Shown here: piece after piece, positions 30,048-39,553 of the stretch | Numbering within the stretch: position 1 is the first letter of the stretch | Layout: every line of letters starts with the position of its first letter | Assembly (NCBI GenBank): GCA_965205485.1 | Contig: OZ242180.1 | Location: 1,984,001-2,048,000, forward strand | From: Candidatus Latescibacterota bacterium | Lineage (GTDB): Bacteria; Latescibacterota; UBA2968; GCA-2709665 | Direction of reading: 5' to 3' | DNA length: 64,000 bases | Position numbers and translations under genes: made by a program | The notes under the pieces: model-generated | Databases searched by the model: none | What the model saw: the letters and a program-made list of their open reading frames with translations, nothing else | What the model was told of the DNA's origin: nothing

Positions 30048-31085
30048 ATGCCGGAAGTCACCCTCGAAGAAGCGCAGGCGGTCCACGATCGCTGCCTGAT
30101 CGTCGACGGCCACAACGACACGCCCGTGGAGCACGTACACCGGGGCGATCGTCCGATGGACCTGAAAAAGCGGGACCTCGCGTATCATATGGACATTCCT
30201 CGGATGCGTGAAGGCGGGTTCGACGCCGGCTTTTTCGTCGTCGGCAACGGTCCCACCGCAAACGTCCGTGTCACCCTCGAACAGACCCTGGCGTCGGTGG
30301 CGCTTTATCCCGACGACCTGATGCTGGTGTTCTCGTCCCGGGATGTTGAACGGGCGAAAGATTCCGGCAAGATCGGCATCCTGCTCACAATCGAAGGCGC
30401 CGGACGCTGGCTGGAAGGCGAAATGGATACATTGCGTCTCTACTACCGCCTGGGCGTTCGCTGCATCGGCATCACCCACGGCGAAGGCGGCGACGACCCC
30501 TCCCTGCTGCAGGGCAGCAGGAGTCCTTTCGGGCCGTGCACGCCTGAAGACCGCGAACGGGAACGCAGGAGCGCCAGCGGGCTGACGGACTTCGGAAAAG
30601 CCGTGCTGGAGGAGAGCAACCGGCTGGGCATCATCACGGACCTGGCCCATATCAACGACAAAGCGTTCTACCAGGTGCTGGAACAATCTTCGCTCCCGGT
30701 AACGATGACCCACACCGCGGCCTTTTCCGTCTGCAACCACTGGCGCTGCCTGACCGACGATCAGCTCAGGGCGCTGGCCGGGGCCGGCGGGGTGATGGGT
30801 ATCGCGTTTCTACCGGGATTTATCGATCCCGAAAACCCTTCCACGGACCGGATGGTCGACCATATCTGTCACGTGGCGGACCTGGTCGGCATCGACCACG
30901 TCGGCGTCGGCTCCGATTACGACGGCATGGGTTCGCAGAAGCCTGTTTTCGGAGACGTCTCGAAGCTTGTGCGCCTCACCCGCGCCATGCTCGCTCGCGG
31001 CCTCTCGGAAGACGAAATCCGGAAAGTCTGGGGAGGAAACTTCCTTCGACTCTTCCGTCATACCCTGGACCGAGGGCAGGCGTAG
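30048..31085 (+). CDS. Membrane (renal-type, M19) dipeptidase family protein
   Basis: DGHND, EG, DLAH, TH, GSDYDG, GGNFLR. Confidence 0.92.
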   Translation: MPEVTLEEAQAVHDRCLIVDGHNDTPVEHVHRGDRPMDLKKRDLAYHMDIPRMREGGFDAGFFVVGNGPTANVRVTLEQTLASVALYPDDLMLVFSSRDVERAKDSGKIGILLTIEGAGRWLEGEMDTLRLYYRLGVRCIGITHGEGGDDPSLLQGSRSPFGPCTPEDRERERRSASGLTDFGKAVLEESNRLGIITDLAHINDKAFYQVLEQSSLPVTMTHTAAFSVCNHWRCLTDDQLRALAGAGGVMGIAFLPGFIDPENPSTDRMVDHICHVADLVGIDHVGVGSDYDGMGSQKPVFGDVSKLVRLTRAMLARGLSEDEIRKVWGGNFLRLFRHTLDRGQA

Positions 31086-31172
31086 ACAACGCGCCCGACT
31101 CCCGGCGGGTTTCCGTGTCCGTCTCACTGCCACGCACGGATCCGCAGTCGGACAATTCGAAAGGGCTCGCAG

Positions 31173-32174
31173 ATGAAAGCCAGACGTCTCCAGATTCCCG
31201 GTATTCGCCGGATGGAAGTCGCGTCCTTCGAAACGGGTCCGGTACCGGATGACGGGATCCTTCTCGAAAACGAGTACACCGCCGTCAGCGTGGGTACCGA
31301 GATCCACGGATGGACCCACGGCGGAGAGCCCGGAAACCCGGTACGGTTTCCCCGCGCCACCGGCTATTGCAACGTCGGCACCGTGCTGGAAGTCGGTAGA
31401 GACGTTGAAGGCATCCGGCCGGGCGACCGCGTCGCCGGCCAGGGTAACCACGCCAGCCACAGCATTCTCTACGGCGTGAGGGCCTTCTATGTGAAGGTCC
31501 CGGATACCGTGACGTCCAGGGCCGCCGCCTTTATGGTCATGGGGGCGATCGCCATCCACGGGATTCGCGTGGCGCGCATCGAATTGGGCGAGGTTGTCGT
31601 CGTCATCGGCATGGGGATCGTCGGCCAGTTGGCGGCGACCTTGGCACAGCTCTCCGGCGCCCTCCCGGTGATCGCCATCGACCTGGACGGCTTTCGCCTG
31701 GAAATGGCCCGCAGCCGCGGCACGGAAATCTGTATCAATCCCGGGGAGGTGGACGACGTCGGGGAGGCAGTCGGACAATACTGCGTCGAAGACGGCGCCA
31801 ACGTCGTCATCGAAGCGACAGGCAAGCCCGCCGTGTATCCCACCGCCGTCCGGATCGCGTGTACCGCGGGCCGTGTGGTCGCGTTGGGTTCGCCGCGCGG
31901 CACCGTGGACATGGATTTCCTGGCCGACGTGCATCTGCGGGAAGTCAGCATCCTGGGCGCCCATCAGCCCAAGACGCCGGAGGCCGACCACATCTACTAC
32001 CGGTGGGCGAAGGAGCGGGACCGCAGGCTGGTGATGCGCCTGATGGGAGACGGCAAGTTGCCGGTCGAAGACCTCATCACCCACGTCGCGGACCCGGAAC
32101 AGTGCCAGGAAATCTACACGATGCTCGCCGATGATCCGGCAGTCGCGCTGGGCGTTGTATTCAGGTGGAAGTAG
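31173..32174 (+). CDS. MDR-family alcohol dehydrogenase-like protein
   Basis: SVGTE, GYCNVG, GMGIVGQL Rossmann motif; lacks canonical Zn Cys set. Confidence 0.85.
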   Translation: MKARRLQIPGIRRMEVASFETGPVPDDGILLENEYTAVSVGTEIHGWTHGGEPGNPVRFPRATGYCNVGTVLEVGRDVEGIRPGDRVAGQGNHASHSILYGVRAFYVKVPDTVTSRAAAFMVMGAIAIHGIRVARIELGEVVVVIGMGIVGQLAATLAQLSGALPVIAIDLDGFRLEMARSRGTEICINPGEVDDVGEAVGQYCVEDGANVVIEATGKPAVYPTAVRIACTAGRVVALGSPRGTVDMDFLADVHLREVSILGAHQPKTPEADHIYYRWAKERDRRLVMRLMGDGKLPVEDLITHVADPEQCQEIYTMLADDPAVALGVVFRWK

Positions 32175-32314
32175 CCCCTGCAACAAGGAAAACGAGTTAA
32201 CCTTTCACGCCGTTTTGCATCGATACCTTCTGTGTCTTTTGTGCTTTTTGTGGCCAATTTTACTGTTGTCGTTTTTCGATTTGTGGTTAACCTCCTGAAT
32301 GAGAGGCCGCGAGC

Positions 32315-32932
32315 ATGTTCTACAGGACGTCGGAAGGCCACGGGCTGCCCCGCGATCCCTTCAACGCCATCGTCGTGCCCCGACCGATAGGTTGGATTTC
32401 ATCGATGGACGCAGAGGGTACCATCAATCTGGCGCCGTACTCGTTCTTCAACGCGGTGGCCTACGTTCCGCCGCAGGTCATGTTCGCCGCGACAACCACG
32501 CACAGCCACGGCGGGCTGAAGGATTCGATCAGGAATGCGGAGGAAACCGGCGAATTCGTGGTCAACCTCGCCACATGGGAGCTGCGGACGCATATGAACG
32601 CCACTGCCGTGCCCGCCCCCGGACACGTCAACGAGTTCGAATACGCGGGCGTCACCCAGGCGTCGTCGAACCTTGTAAAGCCGCCCCGCGTTGCGGAAAG
32701 CCCGGTCCATCTGGAGTGTATCCATACCCGGACCGTGGACCTGCCCACGGGCGATCCGGACGATCCCAACACGGTCGTCTTCGGTCAGGTGGTCGGCATC
32801 CATATTGCCGATTGGGCCATCAAGGACGGGCACGTCGACACCGTGGCGCTCAGACCCGTGGGGCGTCTCGGGTACCTGGACTACGTCTGCGTCGACGAAT
32901 CTTTTTCGATGGAACGCCCCACCTGGCCTTGA
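32315..32932 (+). CDS. Flavin reductase family protein (DIM6/NTAB)
   Basis: VVPRPIGWISS, NLAPYSFFN, KDSIRN, GEFVVN, GRLG. Confidence 0.92.
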   Translation: MFYRTSEGHGLPRDPFNAIVVPRPIGWISSMDAEGTINLAPYSFFNAVAYVPPQVMFAATTTHSHGGLKDSIRNAEETGEFVVNLATWELRTHMNATAVPAPGHVNEFEYAGVTQASSNLVKPPRVAESPVHLECIHTRTVDLPTGDPDDPNTVVFGQVVGIHIADWAIKDGHVDTVALRPVGRLGYLDYVCVDESFSMERPTWP

Positions 32933-32989
32933 CGTAAAGAAAAACCCGGTAAGGCCGGGCGCTCTTGTGGCTCTCCTCAGGCATCGCCT

Positions 32990-34537
32990 ATGTCATCCAA
33001 TCTCCTGAACAGTATTGGCTCCAACTTCGGCGCAATCGATTGGGCGATTGTCGGCCTTTATATGCTGGGCACGGTCGCGATCGGCCTTTACGCCAACCGT
33101 TACATCCGAAACATGAGCGACTATATCGTCGCCGGCCGCTCGCTGAAGCCTTATCTCGCTGTTGCCACCATGATCGGCAGCGAACTCGGGCTGGTGACGG
33201 TCATGTATTCCGCGCAGAAGGGATTCACCGGCGGGTTCGCCGCCTTTCACATCGGCCTCATCGCGGGCATCGTGACCCTGATCATCGGCCTGACCGGATT
33301 CATCGTGGTCCCGCTTCGCGAACTGGGCGTGATGACAATTCCGGAATTCTACGAAAAACGGTTCAGCCGGGGCGTCCGCATTTTCGGCGGCCTGCTTCTC
33401 GCCCTTTCCGGTATCCTCAATATGGGTCTGTTCCTCAAGGCGGGCGCGATCTTTGTCGCCGGGCTGACAGGCGTCACGAACCCCACGTCGGTCGGCCTGA
33501 TCATGACCGTGATGCTCCTGCTGGTTCTGTGCTATACCATTCTCGGGGGCATGGTTTCGGTTGTGATCACCGACTATATCCAGTTTATCGTGCTTTCCGT
33601 GGGCGTGATCGTCACATGCGGCATCGCCGTAAACACGCTGGGATGGTCGTCGATCGTGGATACGGTTGCGGCGATTCACGGCGAGCCCGGGTTCGATCCG
33701 CTTCACGAAGGGGGCGGGTTCGGCCCGTCGTACGTGGTCTGGATGATCTTCACCGCCGGGATCGTCTCCTGCGCCGTGTGGCAGACCGCGGTGATGCGGG
33801 CCTGCGCCGCCGAGAGTGCGGCGGTGGTGAAGAAACTCTACGCCTGGTCGGCGATCGGCTTTCTCGTTCGATTCATGGTACCCCAGTTTCTGGGGATCTG
33901 TGCCCTCGTCTATCTCTACCAGAACGACGTGACCCGCTCGGTCTTCTTTTCCGCCGCCGGGGCCCCCACCGGGAACGCGGACCTGACCCTTTTGGCCATG
34001 CCCGTCTTCCTCAGCCAGATCCTTCCCGCGGGTCTCATCGGCCTGATAGGCGCGGGGCTGCTTGCCGCATTCATGTCCACCCACGACAGCTACCTGCTGT
34101 GCTGGTCCTCGGTGCTCACGCACGACGTGGTCGCCCCCGCCACGGGCAATACCCTTTCCACCCGCGCGCGCCTGACCCTCTCCCGGGTCTTCATATTTGT
34201 CATTGGCGCCTTTCTGCTCGTGTGGGGACTCTGGTACGAGCTCGGCCAGGACCTCTGGGACTACATGCTCGTGAGCGGCGCCATCTACTTCACGGGCGCG
34301 TTCGCCCTGCTCCTCACCGGCCTCTACTGGAAGCGCGCCAGCACCGCCGGGGCGTACCTCGCCCTTGTGGCGGGCGCCGCTGCCGTTGCAGGCCTGACGC
34401 CTGTAAAGAGGGCCCTGGGTCTGGACGCCTTCACCGGCGCGCACATCGGCCTGGGGGTGACCGTTCTGGCGCTCGTCCTGATGGTTCTCGGCTCTCTGCT
34501 GTTTCCCGACCGTTCACGAGACGAAAAGGAGACGTGA
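32990..34537 (+). CDS. Sodium:solute symporter family protein
   Basis: DYIVAGR, YTILGG, VITDYIQ, AAFMST; many TM helices. Confidence 0.92.
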   Translation: MSSNLLNSIGSNFGAIDWAIVGLYMLGTVAIGLYANRYIRNMSDYIVAGRSLKPYLAVATMIGSELGLVTVMYSAQKGFTGGFAAFHIGLIAGIVTLIIGLTGFIVVPLRELGVMTIPEFYEKRFSRGVRIFGGLLLALSGILNMGLFLKAGAIFVAGLTGVTNPTSVGLIMTVMLLLVLCYTILGGMVSVVITDYIQFIVLSVGVIVTCGIAVNTLGWSSIVDTVAAIHGEPGFDPLHEGGGFGPSYVVWMIFTAGIVSCAVWQTAVMRACAAESAAVVKKLYAWSAIGFLVRFMVPQFLGICALVYLYQNDVTRSVFFSAAGAPTGNADLTLLAMPVFLSQILPAGLIGLIGAGLLAAFMSTHDSYLLCWSSVLTHDVVAPATGNTLSTRARLTLSRVFIFVIGAFLLVWGLWYELGQDLWDYMLVSGAIYFTGAFALLLTGLYWKRASTAGAYLALVAGAAAVAGLTPVKRALGLDAFTGAHIGLGVTVLALVLMVLGSLLFPDRSRDEKET

Positions 34538-34540
34538 TCC

Positions 34541-34699
34541 ATGGCATTCTGGGTTCCTTTCTGGGGCGCCGTACTCCTTCTCGGACTGCTCATCTTTGCC
34601 GTGGTCACCGTTGTCGTCGGCATCGGCGGCTTTTTCAACGTCAGGTCCCTGTTCGAATCCATCGATCGCCAGCATCGGATCGAGGATGAAAAGGAATAA
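34541..34699 (+). CDS. Small (52 aa) single-pass membrane protein, probable symporter accessory subunit
   Basis: MAFWVPFWGAVLLLGLLIFAVVTVVVGIGGFFNVRSLFESIDRQHRIEDEKE, 3 nt after the SSS stop, AAGGAG RBS; below ORF-track cutoff. Confidence 0.7.
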   Translation: MAFWVPFWGAVLLLGLLIFAVVTVVVGIGGFFNVRSLFESIDRQHRIEDEKE

Positions 34700-34735
34700 G
34701 AGCTGTCAGCTATCAGCCGTCAGCTATCAGCTAAG
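34700..34735 (+). repeat. Heptameric tandem repeat (TCAGCnn)
   Basis: gctgtcagctatcagccgtcagctatcagcta. Confidence 0.7.
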
Positions 34736-34814
34736 AGCAAAAGACAGGATCAAAACCAACCCGTCCGGCTCAACGCCTCCGGCGTGGGTAGGAAAATAGG
34801 TGGTCGAAACAAGA

Positions 34815-34906
34815 TTCAAGAACCCCTTTCCCCAAATTCCCTGCCTACGGCGTGTTCCTTTTGAAGCGACCAAAAGGAACCAAAAGTCGCCGCTGGGCGC
34901 GGGACC
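34815..34906 (-). repeat. Divergent 3' part of the dispersed structured element (copy D)
   Basis: Reverse complement ccgcgcccagcggcgacttttggttccttttgg-tcgctt-caaaaggaac parallels copy A 3841-3900. Confidence 0.6.
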
Positions 34907-35147
34907 TGCCCTATGCATGGCGCAAATATCCTCACCGGACGCACTTGATCCGCAGGCCTGCCAACACCGGAGGATACCGACAATCGGAGCGGGACGGAAC
35001 AACGCGCCCTGCTCTGGAAGTACTCGCGACAGGCACGGCGGTTGTAACCGGTTTGGCTTCCAGGGTTAGAGCCGTTTTCAGCAGTCAGCCAAAAGCGGTT
35101 CCTGTAAAGGACAAGCGTGGGAATCACCGATATCTCCACTGCTATGT

Positions 35148-35172
35148 GGGCAACCACAAGGGTTGCCCCTAC
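35148..35172 (-). repeat. GTAG-type REP palindrome
   Basis: Reverse complement GTAGGGGCAACCCTTGTGGTTGCCC. Confidence 0.7.
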
Positions 35173-35200
35173 AAATTCGAATGGAGCGTGTCCGGTGGTT

Positions 35201-35376
35201 GCGTGGGGGGTTTTTCCACGCCATTCCGTTCAGCACCGAATTACGATTTGTCTAAACATGTACGCAGGCCACAATCGTCGGTAAATGCCACTGAGGAAAT
35301 TCGTGGAAAAACCGGCTCCCCGCCGAGGGGCGCGCTTCTTTTTGGTCCTTTTTCTTACGCGGATAAGAAAAAGGAC
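35201..35376 (+). repeat. Dispersed structured element, copy C
   Basis: Stem 35209-35220/35302-35313 and hairpin 35345-35357/35364-35376 with compensatory changes versus copy A. Confidence 0.8.
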
Positions 35377-35504
35377 GTAAATAATTGGAAAACAAAGGAT
35401 TTGCGAGAAAAGAGCTGGCATGCAAATGGCAAAAACAGTCGTTTTCCTTTCTATTCAAAATCGTGCCTGCTGCGGCTTACAATGCCAACAGGAAACAGGA
35501 CGAG

Positions 35505-36543
35505 ATGCTGAACATTGCGGTCATCGGAGCCGGAAATATCGCCCAGCGGCACCTGGAAGTACTCACCGACCTTCGCGAGGGGCGTGTGACGACGCTTGTG
35601 GACAGCAACCCCCGCGTTCTGGAAGAGACTGGCGCGCGGTTCGGCGTGTCGAATCGCCTGAACTCGCATGAGAGCCTGCTTGAAGGGGATCGGCCGGACG
35701 CCGTTCACTTCCACGTATCGGAAGAAAAAGCTTTTCGTTCTCGTGAGCGTCCTCCAGGTCGCCGCGGTCGCCGCGGACTTCATTCGGTCCGGAATCCCGA
35801 CTTTTCTGGAAAAGCCTCCCGGCCTATATACGTCCCAGACCCGTGCGCTGGCCGACCTGGCGCGAGCGGTGGGTACGCCGGCGATGGTGGGCGTAAACCG
35901 GCGGTTCTATTCCACGCTTCTCAAGGGCAGGGAACTGGTCCTCGAATCCGGGCCGGTACAGAGCGTCACCGTAAACGCCCACGAAGATATCCGGCGGGTC
36001 CGGGAAAACCCGAAATTTCCGGAAGAGGTCATGAAACGCTGGAGCGCAGCCAACGGCATTCACGCCCTGGATCTGCTGCGATTCTTTGGGGGCGACGTGG
36101 CGAGCGTCCGGACGATGCACCGTACCGTGGAGGGTCCCATGCCGGACTGTTGTTCGGCGCTGTTGACCTTCTCAGGCGGGGCGGTCGGACGTGCGTCTAT
36201 GGACTGGTTCGCTCCGGGAGGGCACCGCGTGGAAGTGCGCGGCAATGGGGTTACCTTCACGTCCGGTCTTGGACGGGCCGCAACCTTGAGGCGCAGGGGT
36301 GGCGCGCCGGAGAACGTCGAAGGGGATGAAATCGATCGACGCTACAAAGCAGGCTTTTATCGGCAGGACCGCGCGTTCCTGAGATGGGTCCGGAACGGGG
36401 GCTCGCTCCCGTTCCCGGCCTGTGGTCTGGAAGATGCGGTGAAGACGATGGAGTTGATCGACGCCATCTCGGGGAACTCGTCGTTCAATCCTCCGAGTTG
36501 CCGTCAATCGTCTCCTGCAGAAGCCGAACGGCCGTCTGAATGA
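35505..36543 (+). pseudogene. Gfo/Idh/MocA oxidoreductase frameshifted by a 28-bp insertion (35706-35733)
   Basis: IAVIGAGNIA...DRPDAV then FVLVSV...EKPPG...VGVNRRF...NGIHALD in another frame. Confidence 0.8.
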
Positions 36544-37798
36544 GAAAGTCGCCGGCTTCTTCGGTACCCTGGCCCGCGCCGGCTTCGTACCCGCCTCTGG
36601 CTTTTTCTCCGGGAAGCCCGACGTAACTCACGCCGCGGCCGTTGGCATAGCCGATGACAAGCGTGTGCGGGAGGGGTGAACGCGCCTGAATCTCGCGCGC
36701 GAGCCCGTTGAGGGGTTCTCCGGGCAGCACGGCCAGGCCGAAGGGTCCGCAGGCAACTACCTGAATTTCGACCGGCCGGATGTCGGCGCCTGCTTGTTTT
36801 CGCGCCTCGGATACGAGTGGGAGGCCGGCGACCCCGGTTGAAATCCTCAGAGGTGACGAAGGCAGGCGGTGGGAGTTCCGAGCCGCCGCGATGGCCCGTT
36901 CCGCGAAGAAACGGGCCATTTCCGTACGCGCTTCTTCTCCTCGCGCGACCGGAACGACGTCGCCCGCGCAGCCCTGCAGGAAGAAGGTCTCGCCGCCCAG
37001 GACCCTCGAAATCCGCTCATTGGCCGGTCCCGGCCAGTCCGCGGAAACGCCGCGGTGGAAGGGGTAGATGGAAACGGAGTGACAGGGCAGGCTGTAAACG
37101 GTGGCGACGCTGGTGTTGTCCGCGCCCTGAAGCGTGAGCACGGTCAGGGTGGGGTCCAGCGATCCGAAACGCAGTCCGTCGGGCAGCGTATGCGGATCTT
37201 TGGGCCGAAACATCGTTACGACGTTGCCGTCGGGGTCCAGGGGCCGCCGGTTGAACAGCCATTCCGAGGCATTTGCACGGCCGATGTTTATCGTGACGGG
37301 CTGCAGGCGGCTCTGCGCCCGTTTCAGGACGTCCGCGCATCTTTCCGGCAGAAGCCGGCTCCAGGCCTCGAAGACGGGATCGTCGAGTATGGCTCTCAGC
37401 CGTTCGCTCTTTCGGCCGGGAAACGTGGACGGGACATACGGAGAACGGGGCGAGGAGTGGGTGTGCGAGGCGGCCACGAGGACGTGCGATTCGGGGATGC
37501 CCGTTGCGCCGCGAACCGCCCGGCGCACGTCGATGACGCATTCCTCCGTGGCGTCGATGAGGTCCCAGCAGATCAGAGCGAACTCGGTAGCGCCGTCCGA
37601 GAGAACGAGCCCTCGCAGGGCGAGCGGATCCAGGACCCCGTCGTAGGGTCTCCCGTCTACCCAGTTCGCCATCGCCGGATCGGGCGTGATGTCGGTCCTG
37701 GCCGCGCCGGCTGCAAACGCGACTTCGGCGGCTGAGGCACGCAATCTCGTAAAGTGCAGTACCGCGGCAATGAGTAGCAGAATCGCAAGTGTCGACAT
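36485..37798 (-). CDS. Neutral/alkaline ceramidase-like family protein with signal peptide
   Basis: AGAARTDITP, DPL, ASHTHSSP, CH, SADWPG, QGCAGD, PGE, GYANG. Confidence 0.8.
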   Translation of the reverse strand: MSTLAILLLIAAVLHFTRLRASAAEVAFAAGAARTDITPDPAMANWVDGRPYDGVLDPLALRGLVLSDGATEFALICWDLIDATEECVIDVRRAVRGATGIPESHVLVAASHTHSSPRSPYVPSTFPGRKSERLRAILDDPVFEAWSRLLPERCADVLKRAQSRLQPVTINIGRANASEWLFNRRPLDPDGNVVTMFRPKDPHTLPDGLRFGSLDPTLTVLTLQGADNTSVATVYSLPCHSVSIYPFHRGVSADWPGPANERISRVLGGETFFLQGCAGDVVPVARGEEARTEMARFFAERAIAAARNSHRLPSSPLRISTGVAGLPLVSEARKQAGADIRPVEIQVVACGPFGLAVLPGEPLNGLAREIQARSPLPHTLVIGYANGRGVSYVGLPGEKARGGYEAGAGQGTEEAGDFLIQTAVRLLQETIDGNSED

Positions 37799-37905
37799 AG
37801 GCGTTGCCTTGTCCCTCGAGGCAGGGGTTGTTGTTCTTATTGCGGGGAGCGTTAAATAGTTGACGATACCAGCCTTAATTCGAACGAAAACAACCGTTAA
37901 TTTAC

Positions 37906-38110
37906 CACAAAAAGCACAAAAGGCACAGAAGGACCCAAAGCCAACCCATGGCATGAAACGCCAACCGTCCGGATGGAATCCGGGCGTTGTTCGTTACCCC
38001 CACTCAGTCGGTCACAGAATAAGACCTTTCCCATTTTGTGTTTCTGTGCCTTTTGTGGCTATTGCTTTTGGTGGATCAATGGCTAAAAGAAGCACACAAG
38101 GCACAGAAGG
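37906..38110. repeat. Nonamer-period repeats (CACAAAAAG/CACAGAAG type), inverted pair plus a third copy
   Basis: ccacaaaaagcacaaaaggcacagaag and tttgtgtttctgtgccttttgtgg; relatives at ~3614, ~22270, ~32228, ~48882. Confidence 0.7.
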
Positions 38111-38276
38111 ATTATTACGGGGAGCGTCATATAATTGACGCAATTAGACGGCGAGGTAGCGTACACATGTGACCTGAGAATAGCGTTTGTTACCAAAAGT
38201 GGCAAATGATCGTCGTCTATGCGCCGTACTTCAGAATACGTGGATGTAAACTATAATATGACCCAAGTAACATTAC

Positions 38277-39460
38277 CTATCGGATCGATTCGGCCAGGTC
38301 CAGGGCTTCTTTTACGAGTTGTTCACCACAGCCTGGGGCGTACGGAGACACGCGGGATTCATAGCCCCCCTCGCGGTATGCCCGGCGAACCGGAATGTAT
38401 CCTGCACTGTCGTTACTCAGGCTGACGACCAGGGCCGGACTGGTATTCAGGGCTTTCTTGATACGAAGCCCGAGTTCGACGAACGCTTCCCCCGGCAGCC
38501 CTATGACCGGGATGTCGCCAAGCCAGAACACCTGGATTTCCGTGGTGCGCGTCTTGCGGCCTCTGGCTCGACCATTGCGCAGGGGCAGGTCGATTGTCCT
38601 TCTTGCCGCACGGATGCGGATCCGGTCCGACGCCTGAATCCACTGAAGCGCCTTGAGCGCACAGCCGCCGAGCGACAGGCCCACCTGGCGTTTGGACCGG
38701 CCCTTGCGCTGGATGGGTACGATATTGCCCGCGCAGCCCAGGGCGAACAGGCAGATGCCGCCTTCCACGGATTCGATCAGGTCCATTGCGTATCCCGGAT
38801 AGTCGGCGGTAATCTCATACATGCGGTCCGTGCTGGAGACGGGATGGCAGGCGAAGTTGACAAGCGTGGCGATGGTGTCGCCGTCGGCTTCTCCTTCGAT
38901 CTTCAGAAGGCCGACTTCCGGATCCACCGGACCGAACTTCAATCCCTCGTAGGGGGGCGGCAGCGTGAGGCTCATTTGCACCTTTCCGTCGTTCCGGATG
39001 AGCCGCCGGTTGTAGCTGATGCCTTCGGCGCGGATGGCGCCTGCGCCGAGGCGGGCGGGTCGAAGCCGGTCGTGCGCGAGCTTGACGGCCGAGGTCAGCT
39101 TTGCCGCCAGCACGTCCGCATACGACCGGTCATAGGGGTCCGCTTCGTCGTCAGTTCCGCCCCGCCCTGGCTGACGGCGGGACCGAAATGGGTGTGGGAC
39201 CCGGTCATCCACACGCGGTCGGGACCGATTCCGACACCCTCTTCTACAAGCCTTCGAACGTGCGCCGCGAGTTCCCGGTGGATGCCGATGAGGTCGGTGG
39301 TAATCAGCGCGACGCCGGTCTTGCCGTCATCCAGCACCAGCGCCTTCGCGTGGAGTTCGTCGTGGATGCTCTCGCTTCCCCGGTCGCGGGCCGAATAGCC
39401 GGCCATCGGACCGCCCAGAAACGGGGTGATGTTGACTTTTGAGGCGCCTGCCTTCAGCAT
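38277..39460 (-). CDS. Neutral/alkaline ceramidase-like family protein, frameshift near 39160
   Basis: AGASKVNITP...GSHTHFGP then YNRR...NFACHP...ADYPG...GCAGN...PGEAFVELG in a second frame. Confidence 0.78.
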
Positions 39461-39553
39461 GGATGTTCTCCAGAGTAAGCCGGTGATGGACATCGATGCC
39501 TGTCCCCGGATCGGTTTCGGGCATTGTCGAATGTGCGAATCGGATCGCAGGTC

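Noticed and set aside
32965..34689. Long alternative-frame and antisense ORFs (e.g. 574 aa here, 2105-3544, 30810-32186)
   Set aside because: GC-rich shadow ORFs overlapping well-supported genes; no motifs.
3744..35301. DGR template/variable-repeat relationship between element copies A and C
   Set aside because: Many differences are at non-adenine positions, neither copy is in a target gene, and no reverse transcriptase is present.
37906..38110. CRISPR array from the short periodic repeats (also 8308, 34700)
   Set aside because: Periods are 7 or 9 bp with no unique 25-45-bp spacers and no cas genes.
38124..38219. Short inverted repeats between the ceramidase-like genes as a MITE
   Set aside because: Only a 9/10-bp match, no target duplication and no second copy seen.
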